From: Scenedesmus sp. PABB004
Taxonomy: Eukaryota
NCBI GenBank assembly: GCA_014905635.1
Contig: JABVCE010000002.1
Coordinates: forward strand, 1,736,001-1,800,000
DNA: 64,000 bases
Reading direction: 5' to 3'
Shown here piece by piece: positions 43,338 to 56,100 of the stretch. A program made the position numbers and the translations under genes. The notes beneath the pieces were generated by a model that saw only the letters and a list, made by a program, of their open reading frames with translations, had not been told where the DNA came from and did no database searches. Positions within the stretch are counted from its first letter, which is position 1; each line of letters starts with the position of its first letter.

Positions 43338-44813
43338 TCAGCGCCCGGCGGCGAGGTTGAGGAGCATGTTGTTCCCGCTGGGCAGGTAGACCACGTTCTG
43401 GCTCTTGGACATGGTCTCCGCGATGTCCTTGGCCGCCTCGATGCGGCGCAGCTCGACGAGCCCCGCGCCCGCCGCCTTGGTCGCGTCGCTGATGAGCTTC
43501 GCGGCCTCGCTCTCGCCCTCCGCGCGGATGATGGCGGCGTTGCGCTCCTGCGCGGCGCCGGGGCGCCGGCGCGGCGCGCGCGCGGGGGTTCGGCGCCGGC
43601 GCGCGCCCCCGGCCGCCCGCCGCTCGCGCCCGCCCGCCGGCGCCGGCGCCGCCGCGTCGCCGCGTCACCTGCTCCGCCTTGAGCACCACGAAGCGCGCGC
43701 GCTCGGCGTCCTGCTCCGCGACCTGCTTCGACTCGACGGCCTTTGTGAACTCGGTGCCAAAGGAGAGGTGCGTGATGGCAATGTCCTCGAGCACGATGCC
43801 AAAGTCGGCCGCGCGCACGAGCAGGCTGTCGCGGATGGCCGACGACACCTGCACGGGCGCCGGCGGCGTGGGCGCGCGGGCGCGGCCGCCGCGGGCGCCG
43901 CAGCGAGCGCGCACAACGCAACGCACCTTCTCGCGCTGCGTGAGCAGCTGCTCCGCGTTGTACTGCGCGACCACGGCCTTGACGACCTCGTTGCCAATCG
44001 ACGGCAGCACGCGCTCCTCCCAGTCCATGCCCAGCCCCTGGCGGCGCGGCGCGCGGCGCGCGGGCTCGGGGCGCCGCCCGCCGAGTGCGGGCGCGCGGCC
44101 CGCGCGGCGCGCGGGGCGCGCGGGGCGCGCGGGGCACGCGGCGCGAGCAGGCGGCGCGGCAGATTGAGCAGGCGGCGGCGCACCTTGAAGATGTTGGTCA
44201 GCTTCTCCTCCGCGGGCTTGGACAGGAAGCGGAGGCTCATGTTGACCATCTGCAGGTCTGCGCCGCGCCGGACGCGCGGCGGCCACGCGTTGCGGCCGGC
44301 CGCGCGGCGGCGCGCGCGGCGGCCCGCGCCGCCGCGCGCACGACCGCGCAGGCGCGCGGCGCGCCAGCGCCGCTGCAGGTGCCGCCGCACCCTTTGTGCC
44401 GGTGACGGAGGAGATGCTGCGCGGGCGCGTGCGGATGTCCATGATGTGCGGCGTCTGCACCCACGGCACGCGCAGGTGCGTGCCCTCGCCCACCACCTCG
44501 GGCAGGATGCCGCGGAAGCGGTCGAAGATCACCGCGCGCTCGCCGCCGTCGACTGCGCGCGCAGCCGGGGCGCGCGGCGGCGCGTCGGGCGCGGCGGCAG
44601 CAGCGGCGCCGGCGGCTGCGCGCGCCGCGCCGCGCCGCGCCGCGCCGCGCGGCCGCCGCGGCGCCGCCGGCGCGGTCGGGGTGCGGGGCGCGGGGCCTCA
44701 CCGTTGTAGAGCGACGTCTGCAGCGCGCTGGCGCCCACGCCCAGGCCCACGGCGTACTTCATCACCTTGTTGAGCGCGCTGATGACCGCGGCAGCCTGCG
44801 GGGAGGCCGCCAT
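43338..44813 (-). CDS. PHB1: Prohibitin (PHB1/PHB3 type), 5 introns
   Basis: [85 protein letters not shown]. Confidence 0.96.
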
Positions 44814-45197
44814 GGCGTCACCGAGGGCCGGACGCTCGCTGCGCCTGCGCTCGCGCTCGGGTGTCGACGGCCGGCTGGCGTGTGCGGCGTGGAGACGATC
44901 GCTCGTGCTCGCGGCGCGTGGTGGCGCGGAGGCGGCGGGCGTGCGCGCGTGCGTGCGTCAGCGTGTCGACGGCGGGCCGGTGCGGGTGCGCATTGGCGCC
45001 GCGCGGGGCCCAAGCGGCGAGCGAGGTTTGGGGCTGCTCGGCGCGCGCCCCGATCGCAGCGTGCGGCCCTGGCGCCCACAGCACTCGCTCCGCCCCCGCC
45101 CCGCAGCACTAACCCGCGCGCCAGCGTCCGCGCCGCGCCTCGCCGCCGCCGCCGCCCCGCCTCCGCCGCCGCCGCTGCCAGCGCCCCCGGCGCCGCG

Positions 45198-45541
45198 ATG
45201 CAGCAGGGAGGCAAGGTCGCCATCGCGGTGTCGGTCACGTTCGTGGCGGGCGTGGTGACCGGCTGGCTGCTGAACACGTACACGCGCAAGGTGCGGCGCG
45301 CCGGGCGAGCAGCGCCCGCCCCGCTGCTGGTGCCGGCGGCGGCGGCGCGGCGCGCGCGGCGTGGCGCGGCAGCCCCCTAGGAGACCATGGCCCGCGCGTG
45401 CGGCTGCCGTCGGCGCGCGCCGCGGCGCCCGCCGCGCGCCGCCCGGCGCCGCGCGCCGACGCCCCTCGCCCGCCTGCAACGCGCGCGCAGGGGCTTGAGA
45501 AGTTTTTGGGCAACATGCAGAGCAAGGTCAAGAGTATGTGA
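45198..45541 (+). CDS. 47-aa single-transmembrane microprotein, mitoregulin-like (exons 45198-45290 and 45491-45541)
   Basis: Canonical AAG|GTGCGG...GCGCAG|GGG intron gives MQQGGKVAIAVSVTFVAGVVTGWLLNTYTRKGLEKFLGNMQSKVKSM*. Exons are lower in GC than the intron. TGTAA at 45982. Confidence 0.75.
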
Positions 45542-45981
45542 GGGGGAGGGGTGGTGGGGAGCAGCGACTGCAGCAGCAGGAGTCCGCGCCGCCGCCGCAC
45601 GCCGCCTGCATGGCCGCAGAGTCGCGCGCCGCATCAGGCGGCCCGCCGCCGCCGCGCGCCGCGCGCATTGCGCGCGGCCGCGGCGCACGGGCGCGGGCGG
45701 GGGCCGGGGAGGCTCGCAGGCAGGGCCGGCCGGGGGGAGGGGGGGCCGCGCCGCGGGGGCGGCCGCTGGCGGCGAGCTCGAGCTTGAGCGAGGGCGTGTC
45801 GGTTTGGGGTTTGCGCAGCTTGTGCGTGAGCGTTGTGTTGTTGCTGTGCGCTGTGCACGCGTGATCTGCCTGGCACGGCATCTGTGAGGGGCGCTCGGGG
45901 AGCGGGCAGGAGGCCTAGGGACGGGGGGCGCGGGCGAGCGCAGCCGCTGCCCGAGCGCGCCGGCGGGCTGCAGCTGCGGTG

Positions 45982-46010
45982 TGTAAGCCCATTTCGTCTG
46001 GCCTCTTACA
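45982..46010. terminator. Convergent pair of green-algal poly(A) signals (TGTAA on + at 45982, TTACA at 46006)
   Basis: Located between the convergent microprotein and MurE-like genes. Further signals at 9230, 21246, 23025, 27755 and 61739 each lie downstream of a correctly oriented gene. Confidence 0.65.
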
Positions 46011-46148
46011 CGCCGCCGCCACGGCGCCCCCCGCGCCCGCGCTGGCGGCCGCCGGCCGCCCGCCCGCCGCGGCGGTCCGGGCCCGGCGCGCGCCCCCCGC
46101 GCCGCGGGACTCGCGCCTCGAGGCTCGAGGCCCGCGCCGCGGCGCGCG

Positions 46149-49100
46149 TCACTCGATCTCGACCACCACGCTGCGCGCCTCGTCGGGCGGCGGGCCCCAG
46201 GGCAGCGCGGAGCGGTCGAGGGCGACAAGGGAATAGAGGTACTCCAGCTTGCTCAGCGCGTTGCGCGCCTCGACGCGGTCGTCCAGCCAGCCGCGCGCGA
46301 CGCTCGTCTCGCCGTCCCAGTGCTCGACAAAGTCGGTCGCGCCGCGCCCCGCGAGCAGCACGGCGTCGCCCGGCGTCGCGGTGCCGATCGCGGCGCGGAT
46401 GGCCTGGAAGCGGTCCTCCATGATGTGGCGCTGCCAGCGGCGCTGCGCGGAGTGGAGGAAGGGCTCGAACCAGAGCGGCGCGCGCGTCTGGTCCTGGAAC
46501 ACGCTGTACACATACGCCGCGTACGGCTCAAACAGCTCGTTGGGCCACCCCGACACGACGTCCTGGGCGCGGCGCGGCGCGCGGCGGCGGGCGGCGCGGT
46601 GCGGCGCGTCGGCGGCGCGGCACGGGAGGGCCGGCGGGGGGCGGCGCGCGCGCGCGAGGGCCGGCGGGGGGGGGGGGGGGGGGGGCGGCGCGCGCGGCGC
46701 GCCTGGATGATGGCAGCGGGGTCCTCGAGGCGCGGGCTGCCGTTTGTGACGATGACGCACTCCGCCCGCTGGTGCGCGACCTCGCCCATGCGCGCGCGCG
46801 TCTCGCCGGAGCTCGTCTGCAGGCGGTCAGGGCGGCGGCGGCGGTCGGCGCAGCGGCGCGCGGGGTGCAGCGCGCGGGGTGCAGCGCGCGTGGGTGCAGC
46901 GCGCAGGGTGCAGCGCGCGGCGGGGCGCGGCGCGGCGGCGCATGCCTGGCCGTCGCAGGAGAGGACGCAGAAGACGCGCTTCGCCCCCGCCTCGCGCAGC
47001 GTCTCCAGCACCGCCGCGAGGCGGCTCGGCGTGTTGGCCGCGTCCACGACGACCGCAAAGTCGGCCGGCAGCGGCGCCGCCGGCGGCGCCTCGCCCTCGG
47101 GCAGCTCCAGCGCCTGGTTCACGACCTCGCACCGCCCCGGCACGACCTGCGCGCCGCGGTGTCACACGGCCGCCGCGTGACGGCGGTCCCCGGCCGGCGC
47201 CCGCGCGCCGCGCCGCCGCGCCGCCGCCGGCTGTCTGCGCACCTGGACCGACTCTATGCCCGCGCCGATGTCGGCGAGCGGGAGGTTGAGCAGCACGCCG
47301 ACCGCGACGGCGGCGAGGATGTTGGACGCGTTGTGCCGGCCGACGAGGTTGCTGATGATCTCCAGCCGACCCAGCGGCGTCGCCACAATCATCTGCCGCG
47401 CCCAGCGCGCAGCGCAGTGCGGTCAGGCACGCGGCGCGCGGGCGCGGCGCGGGCGAAGAAGCGGTGCGGCGCGCGGGCGCTGGCCCTGCAGTGCCGCGCG
47501 CCCGGCGGCGGCGCGCACGCGCGCGGCGCGCACCGTCGTCTGCCAGAGCGAGAGCTCGAGGCTCTCCGCGTGCACGTTGGCGTCGGTGTTTGTGAGGCTG
47601 TACGTCACGCCCGGCACCGCGGACGCCGCCTCGGCGACCGCGCGCGCCGCGTCGTCGTCCAGGTTGATCACGCAGCGCTGCCGCGCGGCGTCGGTCAGGC
47701 GCGCAAAGAGCGGCAGCTGCGCGTCCAGGCACGCCTGCGCGCACGTTGCCGGCACGGGCGCGGGTCAGGCCCAGTGCCGGCGGCGGCGGCGGCGGCGACG
47801 GCTGCGCGGCGCGCGCCCGAGCGCGCGCCCGGGGCTGCGCGGCCGCCGCCGGCGCGCCTGCATGGAGCCGAACAGCTCCAGCTGCTGCGGGTCCTCCCCC
47901 AGGTTGGTGAACACCGCGATGCTCGGCTGCAGCCAGTCGGCCGCGCCGCCGACGACCGCGTCTGCCGTCACCTCGACCACCGCCGCCGTCGCGCCGCGGT
48001 CGCGCATGCCGCCCAGCAGCTTCTGCGCGGCGGCGGCGCGGCGGGGCGGGCTCGCGTGCGCGCGGGCGGGCGGGCGGCAGCCGGCGGCACCGCGGGCCGC
48101 CGCGCCTGCAGCTGCAGCCCCGGCGGCGTGGTCTCCTCGACGCAGTAGCGCCCCCGGTATGGCACGAGCGCAAAGGGGCTCGCGCACTCGCGCCCCGCCG
48201 CGGGGTCGGTCTCGCTCGGCCGCCAGAGCTGCCCGTCCGGCGTCAGCAGGTGCTCCGCGAGCGCGTGCTCAATGCTGCCGACCATGCCTGCCGCGGCGGC
48301 GGCGGCGGCGGCGTGCGCGCCGCGCGGGTGAGCGCGCTGCCGGGCCACCGCGCCGCCGGCGTGCGGCGCTGCGGCGGGGCCGGGGCGCCGCCGGCGGGCG
48401 CCGCGCCGCGCACCCGTGAGCTGGCCCGCCTGCTCCAGCACGCCGCGGATGAGCCACGCAACCGTGGTCTTGCCGCTCGTGCCGGCGACAGCGATGGTGT
48501 TGAGTGCGCTGCTCGGGTGGTCTGCGGCGGCGCGCGGGAGCGGGAGCAGGCAGGCGGGTCGGGGCGGCCCCTCGGCGCCCCCGCGCGCCGCTCCCCGCCG
48601 TGCCGGGCTCGGGCTCCCCGCCGTGCAGCGCCGGCGCACCGAAGAACGTGGCGGCCAGGCGGCCGGCGAGCTCGTCGACGTCGTCCGCGCGCACGACCGG
48701 CACGTGCGGCGGCACCTCGAGCGGCAGCTCCAGCCCCGCGGGCGCGAGCACCGCGATCGCGCCGTTGGCGAGCGCGAGCTCCAGCTCCTCCTCGTCGCCG
48801 CCGTGCGTGGTGCCCAGCCCGACCAGGCGCTCGACGCAGGCGTACACGTCGCCCGGCAGCAGGCTCGCCGCGTCGCTGCTGATGCCGGTGGCAAAGACGT
48901 CCCCAAACTCTGCGCGTCGCGGGCGCGGCGTGGGCGCGAGCGCGGGCCCGCGTGGCCACCGCCGCTGCGGGCGCGTGCAGGCGTCGGCGCGGCGCGCACC
49001 CTCCTCCAGCAGCTGCGCGGCGTCGATCTCGCCGGCGAGGCCGAAGAGGTCCGAGAGGTACATGCAGCGCTCCTCAGGCTCCGGGAACGGCGGCGGCTCC

Positions 49101-49304
49101 TCCGCCTCGGCCGCCTCCGCCTCGGCCGCCTCCGCCTCGCCCGCGCCCGCGCCCGAGGGCCCCGCCTCGGCGGCCATCAGCTGCCGGACGCGCAAGCTCT
49201 CCTCTGCGGCGCGCGCGGAGGGAGCGGCGGCGGCCGTGAGTTTGGGCGCGCGCGAGCCGATCGCTGCCGCTGTTGCTGCTGCTCCTGCTGCTGCTGCTGC
49301 TGCC

Positions 49305-49335
<31 letters not shown>

Positions 49336-49700
49336 CTGCTGGTGCGCCCGCGCCCGTGCGTCGGCGCGCAGCCGGCGCCCTGAAATGCAGCAGCACGCGG
49401 CGCACCGTCGAGGGGCGGCTCGGCGTCCGCGCCGTCGCCGTCCTCCTCGAAGCCGCCGTCCTCCTCGGCCTCCTCGAACTCCTCCTCCCACTCTTCCGGC
49501 TCCGGCGGCGGCGCGGCTGCTGCCGCCGCGACCGGCCGCCGGCGGCCGCTGCTGCCGGCTGGATCAACGGCACGCCGCAGCGGGAGGCCCCAGGCCCGCG
49601 GTTGCGACACCAGGGGCGCAAACTCTGGCGCTCGGGCGCCACGCAGGCATCGCCGGGCGCCGCCAGCGCCGGCAGGGGCAAACGCAGTGCGCAGCAGCAT
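46149..49700 (-). CDS. Plastid MurE-like Mur ligase homolog with degenerate active-site motifs
   Basis: Transit peptide and acidic region, IAVAGTSGKTT, AVFTNL, LVGRHNASNILAA, VPGRCEVV, VVVDAANTP, DRFQAIRAAI...GDAVLLAGRG. Confidence 0.88.
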
Positions 49701-50176
49701 CCTGGCGCCCGGGTCAAGCCGCGCCCGCCCGCCCGCTGCGGCTGTTCATGCGCTGTCCTCTGGCAACCGCCCGATCACGAGCGCCCCGCGCGGCCCGCTG
49801 CTGCTATGGGCGCGCCGCGGGCGCAGGCAGCCGTCGGGCGGCCCTCTCCGGGCGCCTGGCGGGGGCGGGCGATGCCGGGCGCGCTGGCTCTGCGGTCGAG
49901 AGCCTCCGCGGACAGTGCACCGGCCGCACGGCGGGCCCCCGTCGCTGGCTGCGCCCCGCACGACAGCGGCGGCGGCGCACCGACGGGCGGTCGCGGCGAC
50001 GCGCGGTGCTCGCGCCCAGAGCTGTGATGACCGTCGCTGAGCACGCCGCCACGGCCACCACCGCTGCCGGCGCGACCGCGCAGCGGCGCTCCGCCCCGCC
50101 CGCGTGGTGCTGACCGAGCAGCCGCCGCCAGCATGCGCGCGGCGGCACGCCCCGACCGGGGCTGAGGCCACCCGCC

Positions 50177-53100
50177 ATGTCAGCCACGCCCAAGACGCCC
50201 GCGCGCGCCCGCGCCGCCGCGGCGCCCGCGGCCGCGCTGGCTTCAGCGCCGACCGCCGGCGCGGGCCTGCTCGACGCGTTCCCGGTCTGGAGCGACGCCG
50301 CGCACGGCGGCGGCGACAGCAGGGACGCGCCGCCGGACAAGTACGAGGACCCGCTTGGCACAACGCTCCCGCCGTCCGCGGCGCCGTTTTGCGATGCCTT
50401 CAAGCGGCCCGAGGAGCTGCTGCAGGGCGCGCCGGCCGTGCCGATCGTGTGCCTGCGCCCGCCGCTCGACGTGGAGCGCGGCAAGGGCGGCGGCGCGGGC
50501 AGGGGTGCCGCCGCGGCTGCAGCCGCCGCCGCGGCGCCGCGCGAGCTCGAGGGCCGGCTCTTCTCCGGCCACGCCGCGTTTGACTGGCTCCTCGGCGCGA
50601 TCAGCCACGTGCTCGCGGCAGAGGTGCGCGCGCAGCGTGCGCGGTGGGCAGGCGGCGCCCGCGGCGCGCGCGGCCGCGCGACCGCGCGGGCGCCCTCCTC
50701 GCGCGCAGCGGCACCTGCGGCGCGGCGAGTGCCTGTGGGAGCTCATCGCGCCGCGCGACAAGGACGGCGCGCCGACGCGCTCGCCGAGCGGGCGCTACCG
50801 CGTGAAGCTCTTCCTGCTGGTGCGGCGCCCTGCGCGGCGCCGGCGCAGCGCGGGGCGGTGGCGGTGGCGGGCGCACGCTCGTTGGCGAGCGGCGGCGCGG
50901 CGGGGCACGGCGGCCGACGCGCGGCGCTCGCAGGACACGTGGCGCGCGGTGACGGTGGACGACCGCATCCCCGTGGACCTGTTTGGCCGCCCGCTGCTCG
51001 TGGGCAGCCGGCCGCTGCAGCTGTGGCCGCTGCTGCTGTGCAAGGCGCTGCTCAAGGTCGCAGCGACGTGGCGCAGCCTGGACCTGGGCCTCCCGCACCA
51101 GGCGCGCCGGCGCCGCCGCGCGGCGGGCGGCGGCGCCACCGGCAGGCGCTGCGGCTGCAGAGAGGGGCACCGCCGCAGCAGGCTGACGCGCGCCGCCGCC
51201 GCCGCTGCCGCCGCGCGCGCAGGTGTCGGCGGTCCACATGCTGACCGGCTGGCCCCAGGAGGACCTGCTGGACCCGCTGGCGGGGCCAGCGCTGGCCGGG
51301 GGCGAGCTCTTTGACCGCCTGGAGGAGGCGCTGGGCGGCCCGCTGCGCCACGTGCAGGCGCGGCGGCGCCGCTGCGCGCCCGAGCGGCGGCCGGCCCGCG
51401 CAGCAGTGCCCGGGCTGAGCACGCGCGCCGCTACCGCCGCTGCTGCCCGCAGGACCTGCCGGCCATCGCGAGCTGCTGCCTCGTGCGCCGCTCCAAGCCG
51501 CAGCGCGCGCCGCCGCGGCTCGTCGTGCTGAGCGGCGCGTCGGGCGTGGGGCGCGCGGCGCTCGTGGAGCGGCTGCTGGCCGAGTTTCCCGACCGCTTCG
51601 GCGCGACCGTGTCGCACACGACCCGGCCGCCGCGGCTCCACGAGGTCGACGGCCGGTGCGGCGCGCGCGCGGCTGCGCCCGCGGGCAGCCGCTCACGCCT
51701 GGCCGCGCCAGCGCGGGGGCCGGGGGCGTCACCCAGCCCGCGCGCCTGCGCCGCCGCCGCGCGCCGCCAGAGACTACCGCTTCACTGACAAGGCCAGCCT
51801 GCTGGCGGGCGTGCGGGCGCGGCGCTTCCTCGAGGCGGCGCGCGTCACGGTGCACGCGCGGCCCGCGCACGCGAGCGCCGCGGCCGCGGCCGCGGCCGCC
51901 GCGTCGTGGCCGCCGGTGAGCCACTGGTTCGGCACGAGCCTCAACACCGTGCGCGAGGTCGCCGCGAGCGGCAAGCTGTGCATAATGAGCCTCGACGCGC
52001 AGGGCGCCGCGGTGGGCACGCGCGCGCGCGCGCGGCGCACGGCTCGCGCGCCGCCGCCGCCGCCGCCGCCGCGGGTCGGCGTCGGCCCGCGCGCACAGCC
52101 CATCGACGCGCTCCCTCGCGCCGCGGCGGCTGCCCCCCGCCGGCGCGCGCAGGCGCTGCGGTCCAACGCGCGCGTGGACGGGCTCTACATCTACCTCGCC
52201 GCCAGCTCGCCCGACGCGCTCGCCGCGCGGCAGCGCTCGCGCCGCGCCGAGCCGCCGTCCACGCTCGCGCAGCGCCTCGCGTGGGCGCGCGCGCAGGTCG
52301 CCAAGGCCGCCGCGCCGGGGCTGTTTGACGCGCTCGTGCCCAACACCACCCTCGACGAGGTGCGCGCGCGCGCGCGCCGCGCCTGCGCCGCCGTTGCCGC
52401 GGCCGCTGGCCGCTGGCCGCTGCGCTGCATCTGCACCGCCCGCTCCTTGCCCTGCCCACCCGCACCGCCCCACGCGGCCCACGCAGGCGTACGCGGGCGT
52501 CAAGGAGGCGATCAGCGCGCTGAGCCCCGTCATCCGCAACCGCCTGCGCGGCCTGCCGGCGTACGTGCTGGACTACGCCGACCTCATCCCGCCCAACAGC
52601 GTGGAACAGCCCTTCCTCAAGCCCGTGGTGCTCGCGGGCCCGCACACGGGCGAGCGCACGCGGCTGCTCGAGATGCTGGCGGCAGAGTTCCCAGACGTCT
52701 TTGCGCTCCCCCGCCGCACCACGACGCGCGACGGCGCCGCGCTCGCGGCGGCGCACCTCGGCGCGGACGGCGACGAGGCCGCGCTCGGCGGCGCCGCGCC
52801 CGGTGGCGGTGGCGGCGGCGGCGGCGGCGCGACGCCGCGCCCCGGCACGGCCGGCGGCGAGGGGCCCGGCGGCGGCGCGGCGGCGGCAGCGCCGGCGGAG
52901 GGCGCGGAGGCGGCGCAGCTCGCGCAGGTGCTGGGCCCGCCGCCGGAGGTGCTGAGCCGGGAGGAGTTTGAGGCGGCGGCGGCGGGCGGGCGGCTGCTGG
53001 AGGCGCACGCCGACCTGTTCACGCACCCGCTGGTGACGCACCGGCACGGGCACAGCCACGAGGCGGTGAGGGAGGTCATCAAGTCGGGTGAGGACTGGGC

Positions 53101-56100
53101 GTGCTGCGGAGCTGGCAGGCTGCCGCGAGCGCAAGCGCCGCGCTGGTGCCGAGGCCGCCCCGCACATACGCGTGCAGGCAAGCTGCCGCTGCTGGAGCTG
53201 GAGGCGGAGGGCGCCGAGGCGCTGCGCGCGCGGGGCGTGGACTGCCTGGCCATCTTCCTCTCGCCGCCGAGCATCGAGGCGCACGCGCAGCGGCTCGAGG
53301 CCGCCGCGACGGAGAGCGAGGAGGAGATTGCGCAGCGCGGCGCGGTGGCGGCGGCGGAGCTCGCGGCCGCGCGGTCGGGCGGCGTCTACGACGAGGCGCG
53401 TGGCGCTGCGGGGGCTCGGCAGGAGGGCCCCGCGCCGCGCCGCGGGCGGCCTGGCTGCCTGGCCTGAGCGTGCTGACCGCGCGACGCGTTTGCAGGTGGT
53501 GGTGGTGGACGATGTGGAGTCTGGCTACGCGGCGCTGCGGGCGGCCATCGGGCGCGCGCGGCCTGACCTCATCCCGCCGCCCGAGGACGGCGCGGCCGCC
53601 GAGGCGGCGCGCCGCGCGGCCGCCAACCAGCCTGTGCCGCTCATCGTGTTCGGGCCGGCGGGTGCGGGGAGGGCGCCGGCGCTGGCGCTGCGAGGGCGCG
53701 CCTCCAGCGCACCGCGCCGCGCCGCCGACCCCGGCCGCCCGCACCGCAGGCGGCGGGCGCGAGGCGCTGGCGGCGCAGCTGCTGGCGCGCTTCCCGCTGC
53801 GCTTCGCGACGCCGCGCCGCCTCACCGACCGCAAGCCCGGCCGGGGCGAGGCGGCGCTGCCGCCCGACGTGGAGGTGGTCCGGCCCGACGCGCTCACAAA
53901 GCTCGGCGCGCTGGGCGCCCTCGTGCACAGCGCGCCCGACGGCGGCGGGGGGACGCTCGCGGTGCACGCCGACGCACTGCTGGACCTCGCGGCCGCGGGT
54001 GCGGCGCGGCGCGCGGCGGCCGCCCGCCGCCGCCGGCCCCGCCGCTCGTTTGCACAGCTCCAGCCCGCCGCGCTCGCGCCGCCCGCCAGGCAAGATGTCG
54101 GTGGTGGACATCGGCGCAGCCACGCTGGAGCAGCTGGCGGCGGTGCGGCAGCACCCGGCAATGAGGGGCGCATTTGCTGTGCTCGTGTCCCGCCGCGCGG
54201 CGCTGGCGGCCAGCCTCGCGGCGGCCGGCGCGGCCGAGGCGGCCGCCGTGGCGCAGCTGGACAGGGCGGCAGCGCAGGCGGCGGAGGCCGCCACCGCGCT
54301 CGCGGGCCTGGTGCAGGTGAGGGAGGGAGGGGGGCCATCGGCAGCATCGGGCGGCCGCGGACGCCCGCCCCCGTGGGTGCACGCGGCTGAGTGCGCGTGC
54401 GTGCCGCGCCCATGCCAGGCGGTGGTGTCGCACGACGACCCCGAGGAGGCCTTCGCGCAGCTGCAGGAGCCGCTGTCCGTGGCGAGCCCCTGGGTGATGC
54501 CGCCGCTGCTGCAGCCGCTCGTGCTCTGCGCGCCGTTTGGCAGCGGCAAGCGCGCCGTGCTGGCGCGCCTCCTGGAGCTGCTGCCCGACACGCTGGCGCT
54601 GCCGCGCATTATCACCACCCAGCCGCGGCCGCCGGGCGCGCCCGACGGTGCGCGCTGCGCGGCCCGGCAGGGCCGCAGCGCGGGGGCGCGCGCACGCCGC
54701 CGCGTCGTCCCAAACGCGCCCCGCCCCACGCATCGGCTGCCGCGCCGCAGACATGGTCGTCGTGTCCCCTGAGACCGCCGTGGCGCTGCTGGCCGAGGGC
54801 AAGCTGCTCGCCGCGGAGCGCGTGGGCGGTCACGTCTACGGCGTCCCCGCTGCCGCCGTGCGCAAGCTGCAGGCGAGCGGGCGGCTGCCCGTGCTGGACC
54901 TCGACCGCACGGCCGAGGCGTCGCGCCTGCGCGGCGCGGGCTTTGCCGGCACGTACGTGTGCCTGCAGCCGCCGTCGCTGGAGGGCCTGCGCGCGCGCGT
55001 CGCGGCCGGCGTGCTCGCCAACCCGCCGCCGCAGCACGACCCCGCGGCCGCGGCGGCGGCGGCGGCCGATGCGGCGGCGGCCGAGGCCGCGGCAGCAGCC
55101 GCCGCGCCGGAACTGTTTGACGCGGTGCTGCAGCACGACCCAGACGACCTGCTCAGCACGGTGGGGCGGCTGTCCGAGCTGCTGCAGCGCGCCTACCCGG
55201 CCGCCATACCCAGCAGCTTCGTCTGGGGCTTCGGCCGGCCGCTCTGGGACGCGGCCGCGCGGCGGCCGGGGCGCAAGCCGCTGCGCTTGATGATGCTCGG
55301 CCCCGCCGCGTCGGGCAAGAGCACGCAGTGCGCCGCGCTCGCGGCGAGGTGCGCACGCGCGCGCCTGCCTGGGTCACGCTCGCGCGCCGGCTTGGCGGCC
55401 CTGCGAGGCTATGTGCCCGGGGCCGCCGCGGCCGCCGCAGCCGCCCGGCGCTGCCAGCTCACCCCCGCTCCCCGCGCGACCACGGCGCGCCAGGTTTGGG
55501 GTGCCTCACGTCAACGCGGGCGAGCTGCTGTTCGCCGAGGTCGCCGCGCGCACGCCACTGGGGCTGGAGGCCAAGGCGGCGATGGAGGCGAGCCGCACCG
55601 TGCCCGACCGCCTGCTGCTGGGCCTCGTGCTGCGCCGCCTCGCAGCGCCGGACTGCCAGGCGGTGGGCTGGGCGCTCGACGGCTTCCCTCACACGCGCAA
55701 GCAGGTGCGACAGGCGGACGGCCAGCTCGGCCGGCGGTCGCTGGCTGCCGCCCGCGCGGCCGGTCGCCTCTGGCTGCGAGCCCGCCGCCGCCGCCGCCGT
55801 CACTGCCGTCACCGCAGGCCGCGGTGCTGGCCGAGGCGGGGCACGAGCCCGACAAGGTCATCATGCTGGAGGGGCCCCACGCGCTGCTGCTCGACCGCGC
55901 GAAGCACCGCCGCGTCGACTACGCCACAGGCGCGCACCCCACCGGCGCACGGCGGCGTCCGCACCGAGCTCGACGCGCTGCGCTGTGCGCCGAGAACGCA
56001 TCCCACCGCCGCCGCCCCGACGACGCCGTCGTCGGCGCGCAGGGAGAGTCTACCACCTGGCGGGGCCGGGCGCGCTGTCGGAGGCCGTTCGCCCTCTGCG

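Noticed and set aside
40048..44532. 1494-aa minus-strand ORF suggesting a prohibitin-P450 fusion
   Set aside because: It reads through stop-free GC-rich introns and intergenic DNA. Prohibitin ends at 43338 and the P450 has its own ATG at 43083.
46149..49700. MurE as bacterial contamination or recent horizontal transfer
   Set aside because: It has about 11 host-type spliceosomal introns, a transit peptide and a TGTAA signal.
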